A stretch of DNA of 19,818 nt from an uncultured archaeon (GTDB taxonomy: Archaea; Asgardarchaeota; Lokiarchaeia; Sigyniarchaeales; SOKP01), in contig CAZBPC010000064.1 in the NCBI GenBank assembly GCA_964493715.1, forward strand, positions 1 to 19,818, in the 5' to 3' direction. Below are positions 1 to 8,830 of this stretch, in pieces; positions within the stretch are counted from its first letter, which is position 1; each line of letters starts with the position of its first letter. Under the pieces are notes generated by a model. The model saw only the letters and a list, made by a program, of their open reading frames with translations. It did not search any database and was not told where the DNA came from. A program made the translations under genes and the position numbers.

Positions 1-514
1 CATCGCAAGTGGTTAACATGTGAACCGCATCCGAACCTCTTTCAGGTTCCGTGATACAGATGCATCCAATTTTTTCACCAGTAACTAGCTCTTTGAGGGC
101 ACGTAAGCGTATTTCTTCATTTTCATGATGGAGCATTAAAGGATTAACCGCTAAAACTGTAGCACCAGCTCCCATCGCAAATTGAGGGTCAAAGAAGTCC
201 ATAGCAAGCACCCTCATAAACTCAGCAGTCATCCCATAGGTCTCAAAATCTAAACCGAGATTGTCAAACTTATGTATGCGCGTGATAAAACCTGCTTTAC
301 CTACTTCTGGTATCCATTCATAGAAGTCTTCAGTGTGATTTATGTCATTCTTCTTCTCGAAATTTCTAAAAAACTTTTCAGCCTCCTTAAGTAGATCAAA
401 ATGCTTAGGTTTTAAATAACTCATTAAATTATAATTTAGGAATTTATAGCGGTTCTTTAATGAGAGTTTGTCTAATATCTCATCATTTATACATTGCACT
501 TGTCCTTTTTTCAT
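1..514 (-). CDS. Acyl-CoA dehydrogenase, N-terminal part (runs off the left edge of the window)
   Basis: Not in the ORF track. Manual translation from ATG at 514 (alternative ATG at 424) is open to base 2: MKKGQVQ...MSYLKPKHFDLLKEAEKFF...LRALKELVTGEKIGCICITEPERGSDAVHMLTTCD. The GEKIGC-xx-ITEPxxGSD segment is the ACAD FAD-binding signature. Confidence 0.9.
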   Translation of the reverse strand, partial: MKKGQVQCINDEILDKLSLKNRYKFLNYNLMSYLKPKHFDLLKEAEKFFRNFEKKNDINHTEDFYEWIPEVGKAGFITRIHKFDNLGLDFETYGMTAEFMRVLAMDFFDPQFAMGAGATVLAVNPLMLHHENEEIRLRALKELVTGEKIGCICITEPERGSDAVHMLTTCD

Positions 515-631
515 TTTTTCAACTCATTCTTTTATAATTTATTTTTTATATTTATGATCAAATATTCTATGAATTCATTAAAATAGGTTTATGTAATAAT
601 TAGAAAAAAAATAAATAGAGCTTAAAAAAAT

Positions 632-2380
632 TTAATTTGATTCTTTTGATTCTTCTCGTAATGCCCTTTTTAGGACTTTTCCAACAGTTGTTAAAGGTAA
701 AGTTTCTCGAAATTCCCATAATCTTGGATTTTCATATTTCGAGAGATGTTCAGCAGCATAATTTTTTAATTCTGCTTTAATCCGATCCGATGGTTCGATT
801 CCTTCTTTTAGTTGGACCACTGCTTTTACGATCTCACTTCCAGGTCGATCAGGATCTTTTAAGCCAATAATAGCTACCATCTCAATATTGGGATGTTTTG
901 TCAAGATATCTTCGACGTGAACGCTGTAGACCTTATATCCACTGACAATAAGCATGTCTTTTGTCCGATCTACGATTGTAATGTATCCATCTTTATCCAT
1001 TACGCCAACATCGCCAGTATGAAACCAACCATCAATAATTGTTTTTGAATTCGCGTCTGGTTTGTTATAATATCCTCTAGTAACTTGGGGTCCTTTGCAT
1101 ATAATTTCTCCAGGCTTTCCAAGTTCGACTTGAACTCCTGTTTCTACATCAACAAGGCGAAGATCCATATCTGGTACGGGTAAACCAACGGATCCAATTT
1201 TTTTTTTACCATAATAAGGATTCATAGTGATTATAGGACTTGTCTCCGTCATTCCATAAACTTCTAGCACTTTATTTTTAGCTACTAAAGATGATTCAAA
1301 ATCATTAATGGCTTCTGCGGGAAAAGGAGCAGCTCCCGAGATATAAACTTCAATATCATTTAAAACATCTCTTGGAATCTTTTCAATCGGCCATTTTTCA
1401 TTAATTCGGTTCTTTATAGCCAAATACAATGTAGGTACGTTCACCATCATCATTGGTTTTTTATCCATCATTTCTTTAATGATATGATCACTATCTCTTG
1501 GGTTCGCGATAAGAATTTGCGAAGCGGATAAATAAAGCGTCACCATGCTCATTGCCAAACCCGCTAAATGAAAAAGTGGGAAGGCAGATAAATTAACCAT
1601 GACTTCTTGTTCCTCTTCTGTACGGTCGATCCAAGTTGAGATTTGAACGATATTTGAGATGATATTTTTATGTGTAAGTTCGGTTCCTTTAGGTAAGCCC
1701 GTAGTACCCCCAGTATATTGCAATAAAGCAAGATCCTTTTCTGTATCGATTGTTACCTTATTTACATTATTTTCAGTTTTGATGACATCATTGAAATCAA
1801 GCACGTTCTTACCTGCAAATGGAATCACCTTTCCCTTAGGAATCTTTTTTAGAAGTTTTCCTAAAGTTACTTTTATCCCAGAAAGACCCATGTAATCGCT
1901 AATGTTCGTAGTAATAATCGTTTCTAAGTTTGGCACTTTATCTAAGACTTTGGTTAATACTTTTTCGTAGAAAGCATCAAGGGTTACAAAGAATTTAGCT
2001 TCGCTATCATTAATTTGATAAGCAATTTCAGTTGCACTCATTAATGGAGAACATCCTGAAGCGACCCCTCCTGCTAATAAAGTTCCAAAATGAGCTACTA
2101 AATACTGTGGACAATTTGCTAAATTTATAGCAACCCGATCTCCTTTTTTCACCCCATTTTTTTGTAAAAAGGTTGCAAATCTATGCACGTAATCATTAAG
2201 TTCATTAAATGTCATTTCCCTTTCCATAAAATAGCACGCAATTCGATCAGGATATTTCTTCATTGCTCTGTCGAATAATATTCCCAAACCTTCTTTAGGA
2301 TAAGATAAAGTGGTCTTTACGTGTTTATCATAAGACTTAGTCCAGATTTTTGCATCATATGGACTCATTTTATTTTCCAT
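632..2380 (-). CDS. Long-chain fatty-acid--CoA ligase (AMP-binding/ANL superfamily, FadD-like)
   Basis: AMP-binding motif LQYTGGTTGLPKG, plus YGMTETSP, GWFHTGD, DRTKDM and C-terminal LPLTTVGKVLKR. Confidence 0.92.
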   Translation of the reverse strand: MENKMSPYDAKIWTKSYDKHVKTTLSYPKEGLGILFDRAMKKYPDRIACYFMEREMTFNELNDYVHRFATFLQKNGVKKGDRVAINLANCPQYLVAHFGTLLAGGVASGCSPLMSATEIAYQINDSEAKFFVTLDAFYEKVLTKVLDKVPNLETIITTNISDYMGLSGIKVTLGKLLKKIPKGKVIPFAGKNVLDFNDVIKTENNVNKVTIDTEKDLALLQYTGGTTGLPKGTELTHKNIISNIVQISTWIDRTEEEQEVMVNLSAFPLFHLAGLAMSMVTLYLSASQILIANPRDSDHIIKEMMDKKPMMMVNVPTLYLAIKNRINEKWPIEKIPRDVLNDIEVYISGAAPFPAEAINDFESSLVAKNKVLEVYGMTETSPIITMNPYYGKKKIGSVGLPVPDMDLRLVDVETGVQVELGKPGEIICKGPQVTRGYYNKPDANSKTIIDGWFHTGDVGVMDKDGYITIVDRTKDMLIVSGYKVYSVHVEDILTKHPNIEMVAIIGLKDPDRPGSEIVKAVVQLKEGIEPSDRIKAELKNYAAEHLSKYENPRLWEFRETLPLTTVGKVLKRALREESKESN

Positions 2381-2515
2381 TAGACTATCCTCTTTTCAAC
2401 ATTCACTAATATGGTGAATATCTTATTTATTGTCACATAGATTTATAAATTTTTTTTAAAATAATCTATAAATTACGAAGAGTCTACTGAAATAAGAAAA
2501 AAATAAGTAAATTTT

Positions 2516-3535
2516 TTAATCCAATTCGACAATTACTTTTAATTCATCATGGGGAGGATTCCCTAAAATTTTAAACATCTCTGGAACTTGATCCATTTTG
2601 ATTCTCTTGGTAATAAATGAATCAATACGAATTTTTTTCTGTTCGAAGAGATTAATAGCAATTTTGAAGATATCGTGATTGTATCCATAAACTCCTCTAA
2701 CCGAGATATTATTAGTAGTCATGAGGAGAATGTTACTGATTTCGAGTTTACTAGAATGCATACCAATAAGAGTAATGTGACCCCCTTTTTTCACTAATTG
2801 TAATGCAGTAGTAAATGTTTCGGATAGCCCAACACAATCATAGACGTGATCAGCTCCAAGTTTATCCATAATTCTAACAACCTTATTCCACGCTTTAGGG
2901 ATAAAAACTTGATCAGCTCCCAATTGCAAAGCGATTTCTTGCTTTGAGCTTACTGGCTCTAAGACATAGATTTTACTGGCTCCAGCGGCTCGTAATACTT
3001 GAATCACCATGAGCCCTATTGGTCCAGCCCCAATAACAGCCGCATTTTGACCAATTTGAAATTTGGATTGCTCAACAGCATAAACAGCTACTGAAAGGGG
3101 TTCCACAGTCGCTCCTTCTTCATAAGAGACATTTTCAGGTAGAATATGAACTCTTTCTGCTTTTAAATTTATATATTCTCTCATTGCGCCATGTTCAGTC
3201 GTGCCAAAAGAGTAATTCTGTAATTTGCACATATTTTCGAGGTTGTGAATGCAATAATAGCACTCAAAGCAAGGTATTTGAGGATTTACCGTAACCCTCA
3301 TTCCCGCTTTAATTTTCTTTACATTTTCCCCCACTTCAACGATATCTCCCGAAAATTCATGACCAATTATTTTACCGGGTAAGTAAGGTCCTCCTGATTG
3401 ATAAGAACCCACGTCTGAACCACATATTCCAACTTTTTTAACCTTTATTAATACTTCATCCGGTTTTATAATGGGTCTTTCAAAACCATCTTCAATCACA
3501 ACATTTTCTTTACCTTTAAAAACTACAGCTTTCAT
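2516..3535 (-). CDS. Zinc-dependent medium-chain dehydrogenase/reductase (sorbitol/butanediol/threonine dehydrogenase-like)
   Basis: Catalytic Zn motifs GICGSD and GHE, structural Zn site CFECYYC-x7-C, VEP and Rossmann GAGPIG followed by an acidic residue (LEP), suggesting NAD. Confidence 0.9.
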   Translation of the reverse strand: MKAVVFKGKENVVIEDGFERPIIKPDEVLIKVKKVGICGSDVGSYQSGGPYLPGKIIGHEFSGDIVEVGENVKKIKAGMRVTVNPQIPCFECYYCIHNLENMCKLQNYSFGTTEHGAMREYINLKAERVHILPENVSYEEGATVEPLSVAVYAVEQSKFQIGQNAAVIGAGPIGLMVIQVLRAAGASKIYVLEPVSSKQEIALQLGADQVFIPKAWNKVVRIMDKLGADHVYDCVGLSETFTTALQLVKKGGHITLIGMHSSKLEISNILLMTTNNISVRGVYGYNHDIFKIAINLFEQKKIRIDSFITKRIKMDQVPEMFKILGNPPHDELKVIVELD

Positions 3536-3612
3536 AATAATTTACCAAAACAATCTATAATTTTATTTTATATAAAAAAAAGTATAAATCAATAATTCAG
3601 ATTATTCTCCTC

Positions 3613-5328
3613 TTAGAGGATCCCCATTGAGCCGAGAAGCTTAGTTGCATCTGGTGTAGAAAATTCAATTTTCACGTCTAATACTGCTGGTTTTCCAGAA
3701 TTTTTAGCACGCTCTAATGCTGGCTTTATTTCATTAGGATCCGTAACAACTTCACCATAACACCCAAAACCCTCTGCCATTCTCGCATAATCAAAGTCAT
3801 TAAAATCAACATCAATATAGCGTTTACCGCAGAATAATTTCTGCCCTGACTTTAACATTCCCCACGCATTATTATTAGCTATGACATAGATGAGATTTTT
3901 CAACCCTAATCGAACGGCGGTTTCTAAATCTTGGACATTCATCATAAAGCTCCCATCACCACACATTGCAATGACTTGTTTATCTGGTTTAGCCATCTTT
4001 GCACCAATTCCATATCCTACGGCAACACCTAAATGCCCCATCCCAACGGGTTGTAATAATGAAAGAGGTGGTCGAGATTTAAAGAAATCAATTTGTTCAA
4101 GCGCATAGCATGTGATATCTCCCCCATCTAAGATGACAATTGCATCCTCATCCATAAATTCCCAAAATTCTTTTATTAATCTTTGTGGAATGATAGGAGT
4201 TTTATCCTTTACCGCTTTTTTAAGTAAGCTTGCTTTTTGAGTTTCTCTTAATTTAACTAATTCATCCAACCACTCGCTTTTTTCAACAGGTTTTGTAGAC
4301 TTTTTAGTTTCATCAACCATTTGCTTTAAAAATTGCTTGCAATCAGCAACGACTCCAAGAGATATTGGTTTTGCACGACCAATGATAGATGGATCAATAT
4401 CGACTTGGATCATTTTTTGGTTATCATTCCAGAAGGGTTCATCTCCATGTGCCATAATATGGGTGAATTTACATCCTAATGCCAAAATGACATCTGCTTC
4501 GGGACCCGCTTTCAATCCAGGTCCATTAATCGTCGTACAGAGGAAACTTGGTGATCTATTTGAAATCGTGCCCACGCCCATTAGAGTAGTCATGACAGGT
4601 ATCTTTAAATATTCTGCAAATTCTTTAAGTTCATCCCAACCTCCTGAACGAGAGACTCCACCTCCAGAAATTATCAGGGGCTTTTTCGCATTTAATAACA
4701 TCTCCAATGCTTCCTTGATAGTTTCGCTAGCAACAGCTGGTTTCGCTAAAGCTCTATAACTGTGTGATGGGAGGATGGGAATCTCACTTTCTTCTTTCTC
4801 AGCTAAGAATGCATCTTCATAAATCTCTAGTAACACCGGTCTTGGACGTCCACCAGTAGCTTCACGAAATACTTTATGAACCGCATCATGAATTTCATCA
4901 ATATTTCTTACTGATTTTTGATATTTTGTTATTGGTTTGAACATCGTGATTTGATCTAGATTTCCTTGTAAAGTAAACGAATCCGCAAATTTCGAGTTTA
5001 CTTGAGGGACGACGACAACCATTGGAATATTATCAGACCAAGCAGCACCGACACCGGGCACAAGCTGGGTCGCTCCAGGACCTACGGTTCCAAAACACAC
5101 GCCAGGTTTATTAGTAACTCTTGCCCACGCATCCGCAGCATGTGCTGCTACTTGTTCATGTCTAAACATAACCGTTTCTATTCCTTTTTCTTGACCCCAT
5201 TCACGGATTGCTTCATACATTTTTAAAAATTGCCCACCAATAATTCCAAAAAGATATCGAATATCTTCTTCCAGTAAGCATTTAATTAGGACGTCTCCAC
5301 CACTAACCATTTTCTTCTTTTCTTCCAT
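3613..5328 (-). CDS. Thiamine-diphosphate-dependent enzyme (acetolactate synthase-like fold; HACL2/ILVBL-like 2-hydroxyacyl-CoA lyase candidate)
   Basis: RHEQ catalytic Glu, GPG, ThDP-binding GDGS...NN(AWG), central QVDID and DGGD motif. Confidence 0.85.
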   Translation of the reverse strand: MEEKKKMVSGGDVLIKCLLEEDIRYLFGIIGGQFLKMYEAIREWGQEKGIETVMFRHEQVAAHAADAWARVTNKPGVCFGTVGPGATQLVPGVGAAWSDNIPMVVVVPQVNSKFADSFTLQGNLDQITMFKPITKYQKSVRNIDEIHDAVHKVFREATGGRPRPVLLEIYEDAFLAEKEESEIPILPSHSYRALAKPAVASETIKEALEMLLNAKKPLIISGGGVSRSGGWDELKEFAEYLKIPVMTTLMGVGTISNRSPSFLCTTINGPGLKAGPEADVILALGCKFTHIMAHGDEPFWNDNQKMIQVDIDPSIIGRAKPISLGVVADCKQFLKQMVDETKKSTKPVEKSEWLDELVKLRETQKASLLKKAVKDKTPIIPQRLIKEFWEFMDEDAIVILDGGDITCYALEQIDFFKSRPPLSLLQPVGMGHLGVAVGYGIGAKMAKPDKQVIAMCGDGSFMMNVQDLETAVRLGLKNLIYVIANNNAWGMLKSGQKLFCGKRYIDVDFNDFDYARMAEGFGCYGEVVTDPNEIKPALERAKNSGKPAVLDVKIEFSTPDATKLLGSMGIL

Positions 5329-5423
5329 ATTCGCATCATCTATTAATTTTGAACGTTGAAATTAGTTATACTCCTAATATATTTATAGTTTTCTCACAAC
5401 ATCTCATTCTTTCCTAAAGGAAA

Positions 5424-6482
5424 TCATAACTTGAATTTATTTAAAGAATTAGTGAATTCTTCCAAGGATGGAGGTGTTTCCTTTATATAATTGCCGTTTA
5501 ACTTGAGTTCCCTTAAACTATTTAGTTTGCTCAAATTCAATGGAATTTTATCAAGATTATTATGACTTAGATTTAGATACTTTAGATTTTCTAGACTTAA
5601 TATTCCATCGGGTATTATGGTCAATTTATTCCAACTTAAATCAAGATATTCTAACTTCTCTAAAGAGCTGATTTCAGCAGGCACATTTCGAATGCCGTTA
5701 TCTATTAGAGTACAATATTTCAACGCTTTCAAAGAACCAATCGACTTGGGTATATACAAAGAATTTTGATTGCTTTCTCCTAAAAAGAAGCGCTTTAAAG
5801 TATTTAAATAGATGAATGGGTCTTGAAGTTTTGATAGAGAAGAATATATCTGAGGATGTTGTTTAAAGTATATCCAATTGAAATAATTAAAACACAATGA
5901 AACCACGTGTTTATGCTTAATTTTTAGCCAATAGTCACTATTATCAAAATCTTTAATTTTCTGAAATAATGAATACGCTGAAAGATCAAGCTTGTAATTA
6001 TTTATCTCTTGAGCAAATAAAGCTTCAAGATCCAAGAAAAAAATTGCCTCTTCTCTTATAATACCGATATGGTTCCCCATATATTCTAAAAGTTTCTCGA
6101 ATTCTTCATCTAAGACTTTTATTTCTTCTCTACTATTTATAACTATTTCCTTCATTGTTTTTAGCACTATTGGAGATTTATCATGTTGAATGGTCCATTT
6201 TAAGGATTCAAGACCCTCTTCTAAAAAAGAATGTTCAATTAATTTAGCAGCAGCACTTCTGACACGAGGATTTTCATCCGATAAGAGATAATTTTCTATA
6301 AATTCAAAAATCTTATCATCCTTTCGCTCTATTCTTTTGAAAGCATCAATTGACCTACTCCGAATATCGGGATCTTCGCTAGATTCAATCAACGAAAACA
6401 ATAATTCTATCGCAAATGCCTTACTTAGCAAATTTAGTTCGAGATCTTCGCAAATTTTCTCGGGGGATAACGATCTTTGCAT
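5424..6482 (-). CDS. HEAT-repeat plus leucine-rich-repeat protein
   Basis: N-terminal HEAT-like units (EDPDIRSRSIDAF, DENPRVRSAAAKLI, DKSPIV). C-terminal 23-aa LRRs (LEKLEYLDLSWNKLTIIP, LENLKYLNLSHNNLDKIP, LNSLRELKLNGNYIKETP). Confidence 0.88.
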   Translation of the reverse strand: MQRSLSPEKICEDLELNLLSKAFAIELLFSLIESSEDPDIRSRSIDAFKRIERKDDKIFEFIENYLLSDENPRVRSAAAKLIEHSFLEEGLESLKWTIQHDKSPIVLKTMKEIVINSREEIKVLDEEFEKLLEYMGNHIGIIREEAIFFLDLEALFAQEINNYKLDLSAYSLFQKIKDFDNSDYWLKIKHKHVVSLCFNYFNWIYFKQHPQIYSSLSKLQDPFIYLNTLKRFFLGESNQNSLYIPKSIGSLKALKYCTLIDNGIRNVPAEISSLEKLEYLDLSWNKLTIIPDGILSLENLKYLNLSHNNLDKIPLNLSKLNSLRELKLNGNYIKETPPSLEEFTNSLNKFKL

Positions 6483-6614
6483 TGTTGAAGAAAATTTTCT
6501 TTTTAATCACTATTTCATTAATTAATTCATTAAATTAAATTTATATTCAAAAGTTACTATTTCATCTTAAACATCTATTTCTAATAACGAAATAATATTG
6601 ATGTGGAATATATC

Positions 6615-7034
6615 ATGAATGAAACAGAAAAAGTTAAAGATTCAAATGAATTACTCAATTGGCTATTGATTATTATTGGATTGTTATATGTGGTCCAAGC
6701 AATAATGCAGTTTTTAGCCTGGGCTGGGTTGCCTATTGCAACACCAGCGTGGTTAACTGAAGCCGCATCCATTAACTTATTTGGAAGTCAAGGATTAACA
6801 ACTATAGTGCTAGGTGTGTTTGCAATAGTAGCGGGTATAGGCATGTTCAGGGAAGAGGAATATGCAATGGGCATGGCATTTGTAGTTCTTGCTCTCATGG
6901 CGGTTCAAGGTATAGCTTCTCTTTTAGGTGGATTTGATGTAGCATATTGGGGAAGCTGGTTAGTATTGGTATCTGCAATCGTAGGAGTATTCGGCTTTAT
7001 TTGGCTTCTATTTACGTACAAAAGATACAATTAA
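6615..7034 (+). CDS. Small integral membrane protein with 4 predicted TM helices, function unknown
   Basis: Four hydrophobic Gly/Ala-rich stretches and a basic C-terminus (YKRYN). ATG at 6615 is preferred over GTG at 6603. An oligo-T tract follows. Confidence 0.8.
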   Translation: MNETEKVKDSNELLNWLLIIIGLLYVVQAIMQFLAWAGLPIATPAWLTEAASINLFGSQGLTTIVLGVFAIVAGIGMFREEEYAMGMAFVVLALMAVQGIASLLGGFDVAYWGSWLVLVSAIVGVFGFIWLLFTYKRYN

Positions 7035-7068
7035 AGTAACCAATTTTCTGAAATCTTATACATAATTC

Positions 7069-7083
7069 CTTTTTTTTTATTTT
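7069..7083 (+). terminator. Archaeal oligo(T) terminator candidate
   Basis: Long T tract about 35 bp after the stop codon at 7034. Confidence 0.45.
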
Positions 7084-7188
7084 AAAAAGAATTCATTAAT
7101 TCTTCATTAAAATCCCCTAATTTTATTCTCTATTTCTTTTTTTTCATCATAAAGATATTTGATAGCTCTAATATTTCATTAATGTTTT

Positions 7189-8454
7189 TTAATGATTTTT
7201 TAGACTAAATATTGTTATTTTTGGTGGATTCATTGTTAGGAGCATTTCTGCTATTTTTGGAAATTGAGCAATAAATAGAAATTCTTCTCGAACCAATGGT
7301 TTCTGCTTGTGAACATTAGCATATCGTACTAGTTCAAGGATTTGTCTTGCTTCTTCTTCATTTTTAAAAGTAAGATTAAAATTATTATAAACATGTTTAA
7401 AGGAAGAAATTCCTGAATATTCACCTGTCGATATTTTTCTTCCTGTTTCAACTAACACTTTTTTCCCCCTTCCTACTTCAAGATAATCATATAATTCATA
7501 ATTCTTACGATCTTTTAATGCTCCATTAGCATGAATACCTGATTCGTGAGCAAATGCATTATCTCCCACACCGGGCTGATTAACTGGAATTGGAACCCCA
7601 AATGCCTGTGAGGCATAATTTGCCACTAACCAGGCTTTACTCAAATCGACATGTGGATCTAATAAATCTAAATCATTCCAATCTGCTGCATGTTTTAATG
7701 CTAATATCGTGCTGACTAAATCACAATTACCCGCTCTCTCACCTAACCCATTAACAGTAGTATTGATATAGGCATCCTGTCCCTCCTCAATCACCCCTTT
7801 TGCGCCCATAATAGAGTTTGCAACAGCCATTCCTAAATCATTATGACAATGCATCTCAATCGGCATATCTATCGCACGTGTTATATCTTTTACTCTGAAA
7901 TGGATGTTAGAAGGACTTTCAAAACCTAAAGTATCACAATACCTAAATCTATCGGCATCAGCCTTTTTAGCGGCTGATGCAAATTTTATCAAGAAATCTA
8001 AACTAGTTCTGCTAGCATCTTCAGCATTTACACCGATTGTTTTTATTCCTAAATCACGCGCTCGATGTATAGCAGCAACCATCATTTTAATAATATCAGT
8101 CTCATCATACTTTCCTTGAAATTTACCTTGAATCATTTGATGAGAAGTTGAAATTGAAATATTTAAATGTTTGATATTAGTCAATTCTATTGCTTTTTCT
8201 ACATCAGATTCCAATGCTCTTAGCCAACCACCTAGTATCATTGGTTTGAGAATATCTAAATTAACTAATTCTATATTCGCGTTGATATAATTCGTTTCAT
8301 GATAAGTTGTAGGAAAACCTATTTCAGATTGATATATTCCCATGCGATTTAGAAGGATGTTTAAAACTGTCTTTTCTAACTTTGCTAGTCCTAATCGACT
8401 TGTTTGAACCCCATCTCTATTCGTTACATCTAATAGAAATATTCTTTTATCCAT
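7189..8454 (-). CDS. DRE-TIM metallolyase of the homocitrate/isopropylmalate synthase family; probable Re-citrate synthase (Dehalococcoides type)
   Basis: DVTNRDGVQ (a variant of DTTLRDGEQ), metal-binding HCHNDLG, GLGERAGN and FAHESGIH. No LeuA C-terminal regulatory domain. Confidence 0.8.
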   Translation of the reverse strand: MDKRIFLLDVTNRDGVQTSRLGLAKLEKTVLNILLNRMGIYQSEIGFPTTYHETNYINANIELVNLDILKPMILGGWLRALESDVEKAIELTNIKHLNISISTSHQMIQGKFQGKYDETDIIKMMVAAIHRARDLGIKTIGVNAEDASRTSLDFLIKFASAAKKADADRFRYCDTLGFESPSNIHFRVKDITRAIDMPIEMHCHNDLGMAVANSIMGAKGVIEEGQDAYINTTVNGLGERAGNCDLVSTILALKHAADWNDLDLLDPHVDLSKAWLVANYASQAFGVPIPVNQPGVGDNAFAHESGIHANGALKDRKNYELYDYLEVGRGKKVLVETGRKISTGEYSGISSFKHVYNNFNLTFKNEEEARQILELVRYANVHKQKPLVREEFLFIAQFPKIAEMLLTMNPPKITIFSLKNH

Positions 8455-8830
8455 AATTTAGGCATTTTCTCCTAACAAATCTAAATTTATCACTTTAAAT
8501 TGAAGACACTTAAAATAATTTTTGGAATTTAATGATTTTTAATGATATGTTATAAAAAAGTGTAAAACAATTGAACAGATTATTAATATATTTTCTTTAA
8601 TTTGTTTATTGTTCAATATACATTCTATATTTTCTTCAAAGTAGATATATTTTATATGCTTTATTTTTTATGATATCAGAATTTTTTTCATATCTTAATC
8701 CATGCAGATTTGATTATTCAAATGCTAATATTTTTCGTCTATTCCATTTAGCGATATAACCATTTCATTAATAAATTTGAATTTATTCTCATAATTAATT
8801 TAATACAATAAATAAAGTAGAGTGATATAT

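Noticed and set aside
7189-8454. nifV / nitrogen fixation interpretation
   Set aside because: There are no nif genes in the window and the motifs deviate from NifV (DTTLRDGEQ).
8430-8473. Out-of-frame upstream mini-ORF (MPKLWIKEYFY*) after AGGAG, overlapping the synthase start
   Set aside because: SD-to-ATG spacing is only 3 nt, it is 11 codons long and nothing else supports it, so it is likely chance.
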